IMG/VR virus record: IMGVR_UViG_3300042475_003078
DNA: 64,000 bases
Reading direction: 5' to 3' (one strand)
From: an uncultured virus (IMG/VR IMGVR_UViG_3300042475_003078)
Taxonomy: Duplodnaviria; Heunggongvirae; Uroviricota; Caudoviricetes
Below are positions 36,457 to 47,397 of the stretch, one piece after another. Made by a program: the position numbers and the translations under genes. The notes under the pieces are model-generated. The model was not told the DNA's origin and did not search any database. It worked only from the letters and a program-made list of their open reading frames with translations. Numbering within the stretch: position 1 is the first letter of the stretch; the number at the start of each line of letters is the position of its first letter.

Positions 36457-38064
36457 TCATAGCACTGTTTCCTCAACATCAGCTTCAATGTACTCCAGCA
36501 TCCTACCAGTGTCCTTGGTGTAGAGCAAGGAACACGCTGGACCAGTGAGTCCACTGTATCGATTCTTGAGCACGCGAATGCGTGTGGTGTTTCTTTCATT
36601 CTCTTCATCGGCCTGGCCGTTACGCTCAGCACCAATTACTATATCGCTTAGTTGGGCAATGCTGCCGCTACCTCGCAATTGCGCTAGAGATGTTGCAGCA
36701 CCTTCTTCGTGTCCTTTACCATCAGGACGCTTCAGATGTGACACAGCAAACAAGGCAATGTTGGTTTCCTGTACCATCATACGCAACTTGGTCATGATTT
36801 CGTCAATGGCTTTACGTTCATCACCAGACTCCTGCGCCGAGACGATGATCGAGATGTGATCTACAAAGACATACTTACACCCCATCACCTTTGCCAGATA
36901 ACGAACTCTGTTGATGATGTTATCAACACTGGTGCTGCCAAAGTGATCAAACAGAAACACCCTGCCGGTGCCTAAGGTACGTTCATAGGCGTCCTTGCGT
37001 TCTTCTTCGTTGCTCTCTGTATCAGGCAAATGCAGAGGCTTGTTAGCTGCCAGCGACATCAACGACAACCCTGTCTTTCTGATGCTTTCTTCAAGAAACA
37101 ACAGCCCTACGCTGTCGTCTGTATTCCCCAACAAATGCCAAACAATTTCACGCAGTAGCTGACTCTTCCCCAACCCGCTGCCAGCAGTGATGGTAACAAG
37201 TTCACCATGTCGAATGCCATAGGTGAGTTTATTCAGCCCATCCCATGGATACATACATTGTGCTGGTGCTGGTGGTGTAGATACCAAATCCCACAACGTG
37301 TTGCCAGCAACAATGCCATCGGGGATGTAGGCTTCAGCAGCCCACCAGCGTTGAACGAATAGAGCTTCTTTGTTTGCAGCGGTGTAGTCGCAGGCGTCTT
37401 TCATATCAACGTCATGCTTAAACACCTTAGCCTTGTTGCCGAAAAGCTCTGCTACTTCCTTCGCTGCTTTCTTGCCTGGCTCATCGTTGTCAAAGCAGAT
37501 GACGATGGACTCGAAACTGTTGAGCCATTCATACGAGGCTTTGCAATCCTTCAACGCACCAGCAGCACCACTGCGGATGCTGACGACAGCCCATTTACTT
37601 CCTGTGGCTTGGAATGCCGCTAGAGCATCAAACTCACCTTCAGTGATGGTGACATACTTACCACCATTGCTGTAGAGATGTTGCCCAAACAACGTAGCCT
37701 GTGCAGGCTCTCCAATGCTGTGAAACTTCTTCTCAGCAACAGCCCTGACCTTGGCTGCTACGAGAGTGCCGTCCTTGTCATGATAGGGAAAATAGAAATT
37801 GGTCTTGTCTTTGACAACACCATAGCGCTCCAACGTTGATCGAGTGAGACGCCTGTCTGTGACAGAGCAGGCTTCGTTGTCCTCAAATATGGGTGCAAGA
37901 TTCACATTCATCCTTTTCTTCGTTGTGGAAGGAATGACGGCAGAGCCATCACTTTCTGTAAACGTATTACATGCAAAGCAAAAGCTGCTGCCGTCTTCAT
38001 TGATGCTACGTGCATCGCTGCTGCCACAATCTGGGCAGCTAACGTGTAGCCTGACGAATGTCAT
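36457..38064 (-). CDS. Primase-helicase (T7 gp4-like)
   Basis: CPDC/CFAC zinc finger, TOPRIM EGEFD and FDND, Walker A GSGLGKS, VDH and LRGSGSIAQLSD motifs. Confidence 0.96.
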   Translation of the reverse strand: MTFVRLHVSCPDCGSSDARSINEDGSSFCFACNTFTESDGSAVIPSTTKKRMNVNLAPIFEDNEACSVTDRRLTRSTLERYGVVKDKTNFYFPYHDKDGTLVAAKVRAVAEKKFHSIGEPAQATLFGQHLYSNGGKYVTITEGEFDALAAFQATGSKWAVVSIRSGAAGALKDCKASYEWLNSFESIVICFDNDEPGKKAAKEVAELFGNKAKVFKHDVDMKDACDYTAANKEALFVQRWWAAEAYIPDGIVAGNTLWDLVSTPPAPAQCMYPWDGLNKLTYGIRHGELVTITAGSGLGKSQLLREIVWHLLGNTDDSVGLLFLEESIRKTGLSLMSLAANKPLHLPDTESNEEERKDAYERTLGTGRVFLFDHFGSTSVDNIINRVRYLAKVMGCKYVFVDHISIIVSAQESGDERKAIDEIMTKLRMMVQETNIALFAVSHLKRPDGKGHEEGAATSLAQLRGSGSIAQLSDIVIGAERNGQADEENERNTTRIRVLKNRYSGLTGPACSLLYTKDTGRMLEYIEADVEETVL

Positions 38065-38872
38065 TGTTGTTGTTTCTTATCTAGTGATCTTTGTAAAGCC
38101 TTTATGGCTGTCCTCAATTCTTTGATGTGTCTGATGGTGTCTTCCTTGAACAGACGATAGTCATCAACAGATACGCCACCAGATGGTGACGTTACCTGCT
38201 GAACCCTCTCAGCAGCTATCTCTGCTGCTGTCTTAACTTCCACCATAGAAACCACCCATATACATCACTGAATACCACGCAGCCATCAAAGCCACCAGAA
38301 GAATGACGAAGGTGTAGTCATCGTCATCGTTCTTCATAGCAGTGCCTCTCCGACATACCGCTGTGAAGCAACATACTCACTACACTGCTTCACAGGGTTG
38401 TGCCACATCTTCCCTTCACTGTCTTGATAGTACAGGAAAGGCCAATGCTCAAGCCTCTTCACGGGGATAGAGGAATGACTGAATGAGTTCAAGCTCTGCT
38501 GTTGCTTCTGGCCCAAGATCAGCATGTTTGAATCTTCCTCTGATGTGTTCACGGATGTCTTCACAGGTGGAATAGTATTTGAACCAATCTAACATGTGAG
38601 AAGCCTCGTAGGCATCCTCACAGCATATCGTCACACTCTTGACGGTCATTCTTGTGTGCCTCCTTCTGAATTCCTTCGTATACATTCATCAACTCAGAGC
38701 AACGCAGATTGATGAGACTGATGATGGCAAGTAGATAGTTGTCAATGTCATCCTCACTCGGTGTTTCTTCTCTGTCAAGAAGAGCCTTACGAATAAGTTG
38801 AACGTCCTGGTCCAAAGACCACATATGCATGATGGGGTCTTCAAGCCGCTGCAATTGCAGAAAATTTGTCAT
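38061..38872 (-). other. Cluster of small hypothetical CDSs between primase and integrase
   Basis: Overlapping short minus-strand ORFs (38061-38255, 38449-38649, 38618-38872). Confidence 0.45.
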
Positions 38873-40007
38873 TCATCGTTTCCTTTAGCAGGTTGGGATT
38901 GATAAGAGTTGACGGGAACTCTCGGATCTGTTGAGCCTTGGTCGAGCCCTTCAGCGTATGGACAAAGTACGGAGACACACTAGCAGCGTTCTGGTGCCCT
39001 GACATCATCATCACTGTCAACAGGTCACCACCATTCTCAATGACTTCAGTGATGGCTGTGCGTCGAAGATCACGAAGCTGTAGCTCCTGAGGGATGCCAG
39101 CAACCTCACATATTTCTCTGTAGTGATACATGATGGTGACGATAGTGTACGGCACCCAATCGCGTTTGTCAGCAGAACGATGTCGAGGAGCAACATAGGT
39201 GCGGCAGGGATGTTCTTTGTACTGCTGCTGAAGGATGTTAGCAAGACCATCAGAAATTGGCAAGCGTACAGTGACGCCTTTCTTGCTCTGCTGTATCGTC
39301 ACTGTTTTATTCTTCAGGTCAACAGAGGACCACTTGAGATTGAGGATGTCGCTGACACGCTGTCCCCACTCATAGAGACAATAAAAGATGATGCCAGCAC
39401 TTCTCCATTCCCATTTGCTGAATGCAGCATTCAACACCGACAACACCTGTGAGCGCTGCCACATCATCTTCCTGGCAGCAACAGATATTTTCTTGATGTG
39501 GCTGAAGGGATTCAATGTGGTGAAGCCATGACGAATGCCCCAGTTCCATACAGATCGATGTACAGAAATTATCTGGTTGGTCTGTAGCGGTCTAGAGCCC
39601 GACTTCAACTCCTGTTCGTACATACGCTGTACCAATGGTGCTGTGATGAAGTCTATCTTGGCGTTAAAAAATTCAACACCGCCAATTCGCTTGTGCTGCC
39701 ACAGGTGAAGAACAATGTTGTATTGTTTCTTGACACCGGGCGTCAAAGCACAGTAGTCTGTGCTGTTGAGATAGCTGTTGATGAGATGCGTCACTCTGCC
39801 TTCTTTGTAGGTACGTCGAGTTTCTTCTCTCACCTTTATCCACTCGACATACTTGTCGTTGTAGAAAGCAGCGTGCTTGACTATTGCATCATAGTCTTTG
39901 CTCCTCTTGCGCTTTACAGCACCAGCAACAACGGCTTTGTGCGGGGGGTCATAATAAAAGTCGTTGCCAACTTTCTTAACGTGACGCGGAAGGACAAGGT
40001 CTGTCAT
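38841..40007 (-). CDS. int: Tyrosine recombinase/integrase
   Basis: Catalytic set: R in GQRVSD, K in QSKKG, RDLRRT (HxxR variant), SGH, and Y in SPY; NPF motif. Confidence 0.88.
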   Translation of the reverse strand: MTDLVLPRHVKKVGNDFYYDPPHKAVVAGAVKRKRSKDYDAIVKHAAFYNDKYVEWIKVREETRRTYKEGRVTHLINSYLNSTDYCALTPGVKKQYNIVLHLWQHKRIGGVEFFNAKIDFITAPLVQRMYEQELKSGSRPLQTNQIISVHRSVWNWGIRHGFTTLNPFSHIKKISVAARKMMWQRSQVLSVLNAAFSKWEWRSAGIIFYCLYEWGQRVSDILNLKWSSVDLKNKTVTIQQSKKGVTVRLPISDGLANILQQQYKEHPCRTYVAPRHRSADKRDWVPYTIVTIMYHYREICEVAGIPQELQLRDLRRTAITEVIENGGDLLTVMMMSGHQNAASVSPYFVHTLKGSTKAQQIREFPSTLINPNLLKETMNDKFSAIAAA

Positions 40008-42678
40008 GATATTTGAAGCCAGTTGTCAATGTCTTTGTCGTTGTAGAGCACTTCGCCGTGCTGTGTTGCTTCATCAGCACAGGGTTTGCAATAGACGACG
40101 TAGCTGATGTAGGGGCCATTCCTTGGGCAATATTGCTTTAGGACAATGGTGGCTGTGTCGGCATAGCTGTCTACGTTGTGACCGCATGTACACACTATCA
40201 CATTCGCCTCGCTTCTCTGATGAGTGCTACTGCTGTGTAGATGTTATCGCTGTGAATGACACCATCCATATACCCGTCAGAGCCGGCATAGCCTGCTTCA
40301 AAGATGATGTTATCTAACACAGCAATGAGTTTGTCTTGCATGTCGGCGTAGTCGCTGATTCGATTCTGTAGGGTTACCCAATCGAGTATAGATTGACTCA
40401 TAGCTTCGCTTTCATTGGAAACAAAGGTTCACGTCTCTTGATGGTTAGCCAGAACAAGGTGATTTTCTTCATATTCCTACCAATAGAAGCGCTGCAACAG
40501 TGCCTAATACTACACCAATGGTGCAGCAGACGGCGACAACAAAGAATGGCTCACGCTTGTAAACAAGCTCGATGCAATAGGGATGACGGGCTGGCCAGGC
40601 TTCCACGGTAGAGCGTGGAAAACGGCGTGTGGTGGTGTTCATGTCTTGCCCCTCTCCTGAATCATGGCCGCGTATTGCTCTTGAGTCACAAGTATGGAAG
40701 GCGGCGACTCAATTCTTTTGAGGTAGACCAGACGATCTACATAAGGCTTAATAGCCTTTTCGTACTCCAAGCCAATACGGTCAATCTGTTGGTACAGGTA
40801 GTCCTGTTCAGTCATGTCTTGCTCCTCGCCCTGATCTGCTCCGCGCACCGCTGCGCGATACCCTCGATGCTGGCGTAGGTCTCGAAGAGGTCGGCCGCCA
40901 TGCCGGCGCGTTCTGCTGCGGCGACGAGGGCGGCGAAGCGTTCGTCCCGTATTTCTTGCCACTCAAAGCTATCGCCTGTCTGGTTGCTGGCATAACGGTT
41001 GGCCTCCCGCGCCATGCGGATGATGTCTTCTCGTGTCATTTCTGTTCCTCTGCTTTGGCGATGGCGGCCATTGCTGCCGCGTACCGCTTGGGGTGGTGTT
41101 TCTTGATGTAGGCGGAATTTGTGAAGCTGATCATCGCCTCCAGCAGTTCCAGATTCACCGCGCTCAGGCGACGCAGTTCGGCTCTTGAATCCTCAACAAA
41201 CCAGCGGGCAACTTGGATGACGTCGTCTTCGGCATCAGTCTGTTCAAGTGCCCGTGTCATCGCATCAGCCAGCCGCAAGGCTTCGGGCCGATTTGCTTTC
41301 GCATCTTTGCGCAACCGCTCCATCCACCAACCGTGGTCTTCCAGCGGCGATATTTCTTCAGCCATTATTCTTCTCCTTCCAGCCCACTTCCATATTTAGC
41401 CAACCGATGCCGATCCAAAACCCGTTCAGATCGTCTCGACCAAACGCGAGTGCGGGCCACACAAGCCAATGCGGATAGTTTCGCTCAAAGTACATCATGT
41501 GTTTTTCTCCTTCAGTGCTTGCTCGACGGCGCGGGCAAATTCAAGCATTTCAGCATCGCTGCGCGGCTCGTTGTACAGCGGATAGATTTCTTCATTCGTC
41601 AACCGTTGCCACTCGCGGCGGGGTGGGGCGGTGTAGAGGGGGGTCCACCCATTGCGGTCACGCCAGCCCATCTCATCGCTGCGATAGAACTCGACGTAAG
41701 GCCCGCAGTCTGTCCCCCATCCTTCGCGCATCCACGCCACCGGCTCCTGCTCCTCCTGCGCCAGCGCGGCGCGGAGGGCGGTGATGGCTGCGGCAATCTT
41801 CGCCACATCGGCATCCATCTCAGCGTGCCGCTCGGGCCGGTATCCCTCCATCGCAGCGTGATACTGCGCCGCCTCGGCCTGCGCCGAGTCGTAGCCGATT
41901 TCGAGCGCCTCCAGTATCTGCGACCGATTCCGACAGCAGTCGATCACCTCACACACGCCGTCCTCGGCGATGTCGCAGGGGGTTTGAGTTTGCTGCGCCA
42001 GCGCGGCGCGGAGGGCGGTGATGGCGTCCATAACCTGCAATCGCTGTTTTTCAGCGGAACCAACGTCGTAATGCGTTGCCTCCAACGCCTCCAGCGCCTG
42101 CTGGGCGGCTTCTCTCAACATACTCATGAAAACTCCCTCGATGAAAACGGAAACCCTTCAGCATCGTCCCAATCATATTCAGAATCAAACCATCCCTTTT
42201 TCCTTCCTTCCTCATTGTGATGGTACTTGACATAGGGTGATGATGGTGATTTGTGTTTCTCAATGAGGTCAACAAAGGATGCATAGTCTACCTTCTCACC
42301 GTATTCATCCACGATGAGTTTGTCCTTGAGGTAGGACTTCCATGCCGACCAGGACGTCAACGACATCCATCGATATCCTTGAAAAGAGAAACACCATCCT
42401 CCACTGTTCTTGCCAATGTGTAGGTCTTCTTTGTATTGTTTGCAATGGTCACAATAATTTTCTGCGGTGTAGTAGTTGGTGCTCATTATTCACAACCCCT
42501 TCACAACAACGTCAATGTCATCTCTGTTGGTGCTGCAAAACAGCGTCAACACAAACTCATTGCCGTCATCTGATAACACTTTGACATCAACAAGTTGAAT
42601 GTCAGCGGATTCAAGGCGTCGCTTCTCAACACTGACGTGAGCAACACCATGAATATTCATATTATTGAAATGCATCAC
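40004..42678 (-). other. Cluster of small early hypothetical CDSs
   Basis: Coupled ORFs 40004-40201, 40198-40401, 40639-40815, 40812-41039, 41036-41365, 41495-42127, 42124-42486 and 42490-42678. Confidence 0.6.
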
Positions 42679-43523
42679 AACACTCCTGCAAGATCGAAGA
42701 TGGATTGATTGACAGCGACATGTTCGCTGATGGAAGCAATTGGTCGCGCCTTGCGTTCCCTGAGTCCATTCTTGTCCGTGATGGACTTGATGAAGACATT
42801 ACCACGCAAGACATTCTCCTGCACTCTGTTGAACACTGTCCACGCATCCGTGAGTGTGTCACTGCTGCGTTGTGCCGTCAGGGCCTGCGTCACAGTGGTG
42901 CTGTCGGCATAGCTGCCTGTCGGTGTCTCTTCAGGCACGTAGGCACCGTTGAGATAGTCCCAACGCAGCATAACAGCACGCTTTGCAAACTTCCTAGCCT
43001 GCTCTTCATCGACTTTACGTTGACGCATGGCTTCGATGGTGTTCATCATATCGGGAACACCCTCAATGATGCTACGCAGCATGGTTTCAAAATCTTCCAT
43101 AGCCTTGTGCGTATGACGAACACTGACGGTGTTGCCATTGCCGTTGACGAGGCCATTGGAGCATACGAATCGATATGCACCAGCCATCAGCTTGACGCCA
43201 CTGGTGCCGTCATGGCTGTTGTAAACGAGTAGCTCACTGCGAACATCCCCAGTGGTGTTGACGTCAGAAGCACGGGCAAACGCCAGCAGGTGTGCCGTGT
43301 GCTCTGGCTTGCCCTTACGGGCACGCTTCTGAGCCGCCTGCACAGGCATGTATCCATAGTCGGCCAGGACAGGCAACAGATCTGATGTCTTGAGAGAATG
43401 ATAGCGGCTGGTGAGACGTGCTGCTTTGTCTTCAGCGAACACAGCAGGAGCACGCTGCATGATGTCTTCAGCAGACAGGACGGTGTTGTTACGGGCGCGG
43501 GAATAGATGAGGGATTGACGCAT
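42675..43523 (-). CDS. DUF932/DUF945-family protein
   Basis: NSHDG.S, G.YRFVCSNG and W..FNR.QEN motifs. Confidence 0.85.
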   Translation of the reverse strand: MRQSLIYSRARNNTVLSAEDIMQRAPAVFAEDKAARLTSRYHSLKTSDLLPVLADYGYMPVQAAQKRARKGKPEHTAHLLAFARASDVNTTGDVRSELLVYNSHDGTSGVKLMAGAYRFVCSNGLVNGNGNTVSVRHTHKAMEDFETMLRSIIEGVPDMMNTIEAMRQRKVDEEQARKFAKRAVMLRWDYLNGAYVPEETPTGSYADSTTVTQALTAQRSSDTLTDAWTVFNRVQENVLRGNVFIKSITDKNGLRERKARPIASISEHVAVNQSIFDLAGVL

Positions 43524-44136
43524 GATGGTGCTTCGCTTTCTTTCTTTCAGTGGGTTATTTGTAAATGATGTTGACCATGTTGTCTCTGTTGAGACGGACA
43601 GATGAGACGTTGTTATCTCCGAGGATGTTGGACAAGATGATAAAGGATGTTGCAGACTCAGCGTCAGGAAACAGCCTCATCTCTTGTCTTCCATCGAAGT
43701 AGGTCCAGAAGAGTTTCAGCATACCTTGTTCCGATTTGTCGACAATTATTCTTCATTACCTTCATCAAAGAACAACTCATCCCATTCTTCTGGAGTGATG
43801 CCGGAGATAATGAATTCTCTTTCATCGTTGGTGAGTTGAGGAAATATTTCCTGCACCAGCCCTTTACCATCGAAATAGGCATCGAGTTGCTCTTGCGTGA
43901 CGTCCATGTCCCAATGACGGGTGATGTTGGAATAGCTGCTGCGACGGGTAACCAACATGACAATGTCTCCTATCAGAAGAACAACACGATGCCGATGACA
44001 ACACCGGCAAGGAAAGACACCGCCAGACGACGACGCTCTGTCGCCACCGGCACCACTGCACGGGAATGGAAGCTTCCACCGATGGCCAATGAGGGGATGG
44101 ACCAGAATGTGATGCCGCCGTTGACGTTGATCTTGA

Positions 44137-44484
44137 TCATAGTGTGAGTTCCTCCGGGATGTCCACCTCTTCACCGAGGCGGGAAGCAACGAAGCAGCGC
44201 ATGGCCGCGATCAATGGCGTGGGTCCACTTATAGGTCGATGCGAATCGGGCTCTGGTCCCGCCCACCAGTCCCCTATATACGAGCGGTGCAGACGAATAC
44301 CCTCCCGCTCGATGATCGGCCCGCCCTGGGCCCAGTTGGCTGAAGGGCTCCATGCTATGTCCTGACCATCCGCATCCGCATAACGAACCGGCAAATCATT
44401 TTCCAGATATTCATCCCAGCCTGCACACTTCGCCACCGCCCAATCAAGGGCGGGGCCGGTGAGTTCTTGAGTCTTGATCTTCAT
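44137..44484 (-). CDS. DUF2591 (NinX-like) phage protein
   Basis: L.G.ALDWAVA, PS.NW.QGGPII and GPTPLIAAMRC motifs. Confidence 0.75.
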   Translation of the reverse strand: MKIKTQELTGPALDWAVAKCAGWDEYLENDLPVRYADADGQDIAWSPSANWAQGGPIIEREGIRLHRSYIGDWWAGPEPDSHRPISGPTPLIAAMRCFVASRLGEEVDIPEELTL

Positions 44485-44572
44485 TTCCGTGGCTACGTGT
44501 CGATGTTGAGATTATTAGCGTCTGTGTTTTATTGGTCTAGTTGATTTTCACTATCGCGTCCTGGCCACCGTT

Positions 44573-44647
44573 AGATGATGCCTATCAGCATCAGATGATG
44601 CCTATCAGCATCAGATGATGCCTATCAGCATCAGATGATGCCTATCA
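44573..44647. repeat. 20-bp tandem repeat AGATGATGCCTATCAGCATC x3.75
   Basis: Read directly; each unit contains a TGATGC/GCATCA inverted repeat. Confidence 0.92.
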
Positions 44648-44704
44648 CCATGAGGATGATGATGGCGACGGCGAAGATGGCGATGCCTAAATCATCGGGG
44701 TGCA

Positions 44705-45256
44705 TCATTGTTGCCCCCACTGTTGGGACATAGCAGCAGCGATGCCAGCATAGGTGGCACTACGGATCTTCCAGCGATCAGGCGACGGGGGCAGTTTCCA
44801 GATACGCTGTTCACGACCACTGACAACATCCGTCGGGGTCAACAGAGGCAGACCCTTCAACCATAAGCATGTTGCCTTTGTCTCACCATGCCCAAACATC
44901 CACGGTTGAATCACTTGGTCGGGTTTGCGGATACGGGATGAAATGATGGAAACAGGGTTTTCAATGCAGATACGGGGTATCGGAGCACCCATTAGAAGAC
45001 GAACAAAGTCTAGTGCTTCCTGCTGCTGCTGCACCTTATCTTTGAACCATCTTGCACCACTGACGGCAAGATGGGTACATGGAGGATGAGCAATCATCAT
45101 GTCCCAGCCGTCACCAATGATGTCTGTCACATCCCCTTGATAATGGGGACCGGGGACTTCTGTCGGCAGTAGGTCACAAGACACTGCGTCATGCCCTGCA
45201 TTGATGAATGCGTCACGAACAGTGCCACTATATTCACAGGCTATGAGGATACGCAT
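44705..45256 (-). CDS. Small C5-methyltransferase-like protein
   Basis: L.ACE.SG, SCD, HPPC, IENP and K.TCLW motifs; 183 aa. Confidence 0.75.
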   Translation of the reverse strand: MRILIACEYSGTVRDAFINAGHDAVSCDLLPTEVPGPHYQGDVTDIIGDGWDMMIAHPPCTHLAVSGARWFKDKVQQQQEALDFVRLLMGAPIPRICIENPVSIISSRIRKPDQVIQPWMFGHGETKATCLWLKGLPLLTPTDVVSGREQRIWKLPPSPDRWKIRSATYAGIAAAMSQQWGQQ

Positions 45257-45267
45257 GATGGTGTTTC

Positions 45268-45795
45268 CTACACAGACATGGTGACAAAAACAAAGACACC
45301 CATTTTCTCTACACCGATAATGGTGTAACCATTGGATTCTGCAATGGTTTCATAGTCTTCGTCGGTGACCCAACGATCGATGATGGTGTCACCGTCATAC
45401 AGGGAAATGTCGTTTAGCATGATAGCTCCGGGTTCGTGACAACGAAAGTTTATTAAATGGCACCATTTGATGCCATTGGTATAAACCCTCACCTATCATT
45501 GCACGACGATGAGGGATCCGGCAGCATTGGCACGCTGTGCGCCGGTCCAGCCAGTGTGTATGCTGGTGATGCGGCCGTCTGGGGCAACCGTCAGTTCTAC
45601 ATACTGTATCTGGCAGCGCCAGCGGTAGCTGTTGGGGACAAAGCCCGCGCCTGAGTAGACACGCACACGGCGTTTGGCAGTGCTAGCAGCCCGTAGGGCG
45701 ATGCGAACGCGCGTCCAATCACACGCCCTGGCGGTACGGGTTGCGGGCTGAAGCGACGCGCGGATGGTGCGCAGTTGGTCTCTCAAGTGCAGCAT
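45268..45795 (-). other. Two small early hypothetical CDSs (45268-45492, 45496-45795)
   Basis: Packed minus-strand ORFs; AAGGA RBS before 45795. Confidence 0.55.
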
Positions 45796-45878
45796 GGTGT
45801 TTCCTTTCTTAGGGTCTGTCACAAACAATGGTGTTTAGTGTAGGGGCAGCATTGACGCTGCCCCATAGGTGTTTACCC

Positions 45879-46706
45879 TTAGTGGATAGCGATAGCGATG
45901 ACCCTGCCCTTCAGAGAATCAAGCATACCGCATGCATGCCCTTTCCCTGTGCAAGATCCACACTTGCCCGGGCAAGGGAAGATACGCTCATTTGACTTGA
46001 TGCGCAGGGCATCATTGACGGCCTTAGTGCCGTGCATATTCGACTTCACCTTAAACCCGACAGACACTGCACGAAACTCACCACGGGTAACCGGCAGGGT
46101 CTTTATCATATTGACAGTGTCGACAGAATGATTGTGTCCTGAAGACACGTTAAGGGCATAGTTGATTGGATAGTCGCCAGTGTAGGCGAGCAATTCTGCA
46201 AACGATTTGCTATATCCATATGCTTTGATGCCGGGACGCGAGAGTAACAGAGAAAACCAAAAGGATACATCGGACACGGAGGAAAAATCCCCGTCAACGT
46301 ATAGACGGAAATCTACACCATCAGGCATAGCATTGAATGCTGCCTTGATGGTATTGGGATAGAACCGCATCAAGAATGCGTTTTGCACTTGACGGGCAAA
46401 TGCATCGGGATACCGCCATGCCCGAAAGGAATAGCAGAATTTGAGACACTCGCCAGCGCCCGGACATGTGACACCGGGAAGGGAAGAAAATGCATAGAAC
46501 GGCAGTTTACTATTGCCATCGGATTTAATGACGGTAAGTTCTGGCTTGCCGGTGGTGAAGACACGGGAAAGGCGGGCAAACGAACGTTGCCATCCGATCG
46601 ATTGGAAACGTTCATCGGCACTCAGGGTTTCAAGGGTAGCAATGATGGCATCGATGCTGCCATTCTGCACTATGGAAGCAAAGGCGCGGAGAGCATGGGT
46701 TTTCAT
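45879..46706 (-). CDS. GP88-like Fe-S/radical-SAM-like protein
   Basis: GN.KL...FS...G.TCPGAGECLKFCY, FR...GDF, Y.YSK and C-terminal CPGKC..C.....C motifs. Confidence 0.7.
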   Translation of the reverse strand: MKTHALRAFASIVQNGSIDAIIATLETLSADERFQSIGWQRSFARLSRVFTTGKPELTVIKSDGNSKLPFYAFSSLPGVTCPGAGECLKFCYSFRAWRYPDAFARQVQNAFLMRFYPNTIKAAFNAMPDGVDFRLYVDGDFSSVSDVSFWFSLLLSRPGIKAYGYSKSFAELLAYTGDYPINYALNVSSGHNHSVDTVNMIKTLPVTRGEFRAVSVGFKVKSNMHGTKAVNDALRIKSNERIFPCPGKCGSCTGKGHACGMLDSLKGRVIAIAIH

Positions 46707-46783
46707 GGTGAGACTTCCTTTGTTTGCGGGTTTATGAAGATTTATTCTAAGGGACAGATTGTTCTGCCCTATAGGATAAACCC

Positions 46784-46996
46784 TTATGCTTGATCGATAG
46801 CAAGCAACAGCTTGCTCACGATGGTCTTGTAATTACCTTCGTATGCATACTGTGCGTCCCTGAAGAATGTGCGCTTTCTATCATCATTGATACGCAGGGA
46901 AAATTCCACGAAGTCAATGAAGACACTGGCACGCACATATGGGCGCACCTTTGCCTTTACGGGCGGGTTTACGCGGGTGACGGTGACGGCTGACAT
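46784..46996 (-). CDS. First leftward early gene, hypothetical
   Basis: Start MSAVTV within track ORF 46784..47059. Confidence 0.5.
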   Translation of the reverse strand: MSAVTVTRVNPPVKAKVRPYVRASVFIDFVEFSLRINDDRKRTFFRDAQYAYEGNYKTIVSKLLLAIDQA

Positions 46997-47074
46997 GGTG
47001 AGTAGTCCGGTGGGTTTGTGTTTCGACGGGATTGATTTCAGCATGAAAACGCAGGGCATGCCGATATCTTATCA

Positions 47075-47111
47075 ATTGAAATTTTCTATCGGGCTGATAG
47101 TTTTTTTCTAT
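47075..47111. promoter_or_regulatory. OxyR-type box
   Basis: ATTG-N7-CTAT-N7-ATAG-N7-CTAT; 15/16 match to ATAG-N7-CTAT-N7-ATAG-N7-CTAT. Confidence 0.7.
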
Positions 47112-47209
47112 CTGGCCAGGGCGTGTGCGTATGCGTGCTGGCGCGTGCTGGCGTGTGCGTGCGCGTACATGCGCATGCTGGCGCATGCTTGTTGTAATGA
47201 GCACGCCTA

Positions 47210-47226
47210 AGCAAACGTCATGCCAA
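47210..47226 (-). promoter_or_regulatory. Sigma54 -24/-12 element
   Basis: TTGGCATGACGTTTGCT (GG-N10-GC). Confidence 0.55.
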
Positions 47227-47381
47227 GCTTCTAAGGGTTTACCCGCGAAAACGCGCCAGTGGCGATAACTAAATTTTCGAAGGGTAAGGCATGGCTTGGG
47301 GGTGAAAACGTCCTGCAGGCGTTTTTGACGCGTTTTGGAGGCATCGGGTAATCCCTAATGGTTTTGTTGTGCAGTGCAGCA

Positions 47382-47397
47382 TGGCATGGTGTTTGCT
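47382..47397 (+). promoter_or_regulatory. Sigma54 -24/-12 element
   Basis: TGGCATGGTGTTTGCT (GG-N10-GC). Confidence 0.55.

Noticed and set aside
41213..42220. 335-aa plus-strand ORF
   Set aside because: Antisense to coupled minus-strand early genes in a GC-rich block.
44573..44647. Possible CRISPR mini-array
   Set aside because: Units are contiguous with no spacers, and there are no cas genes.
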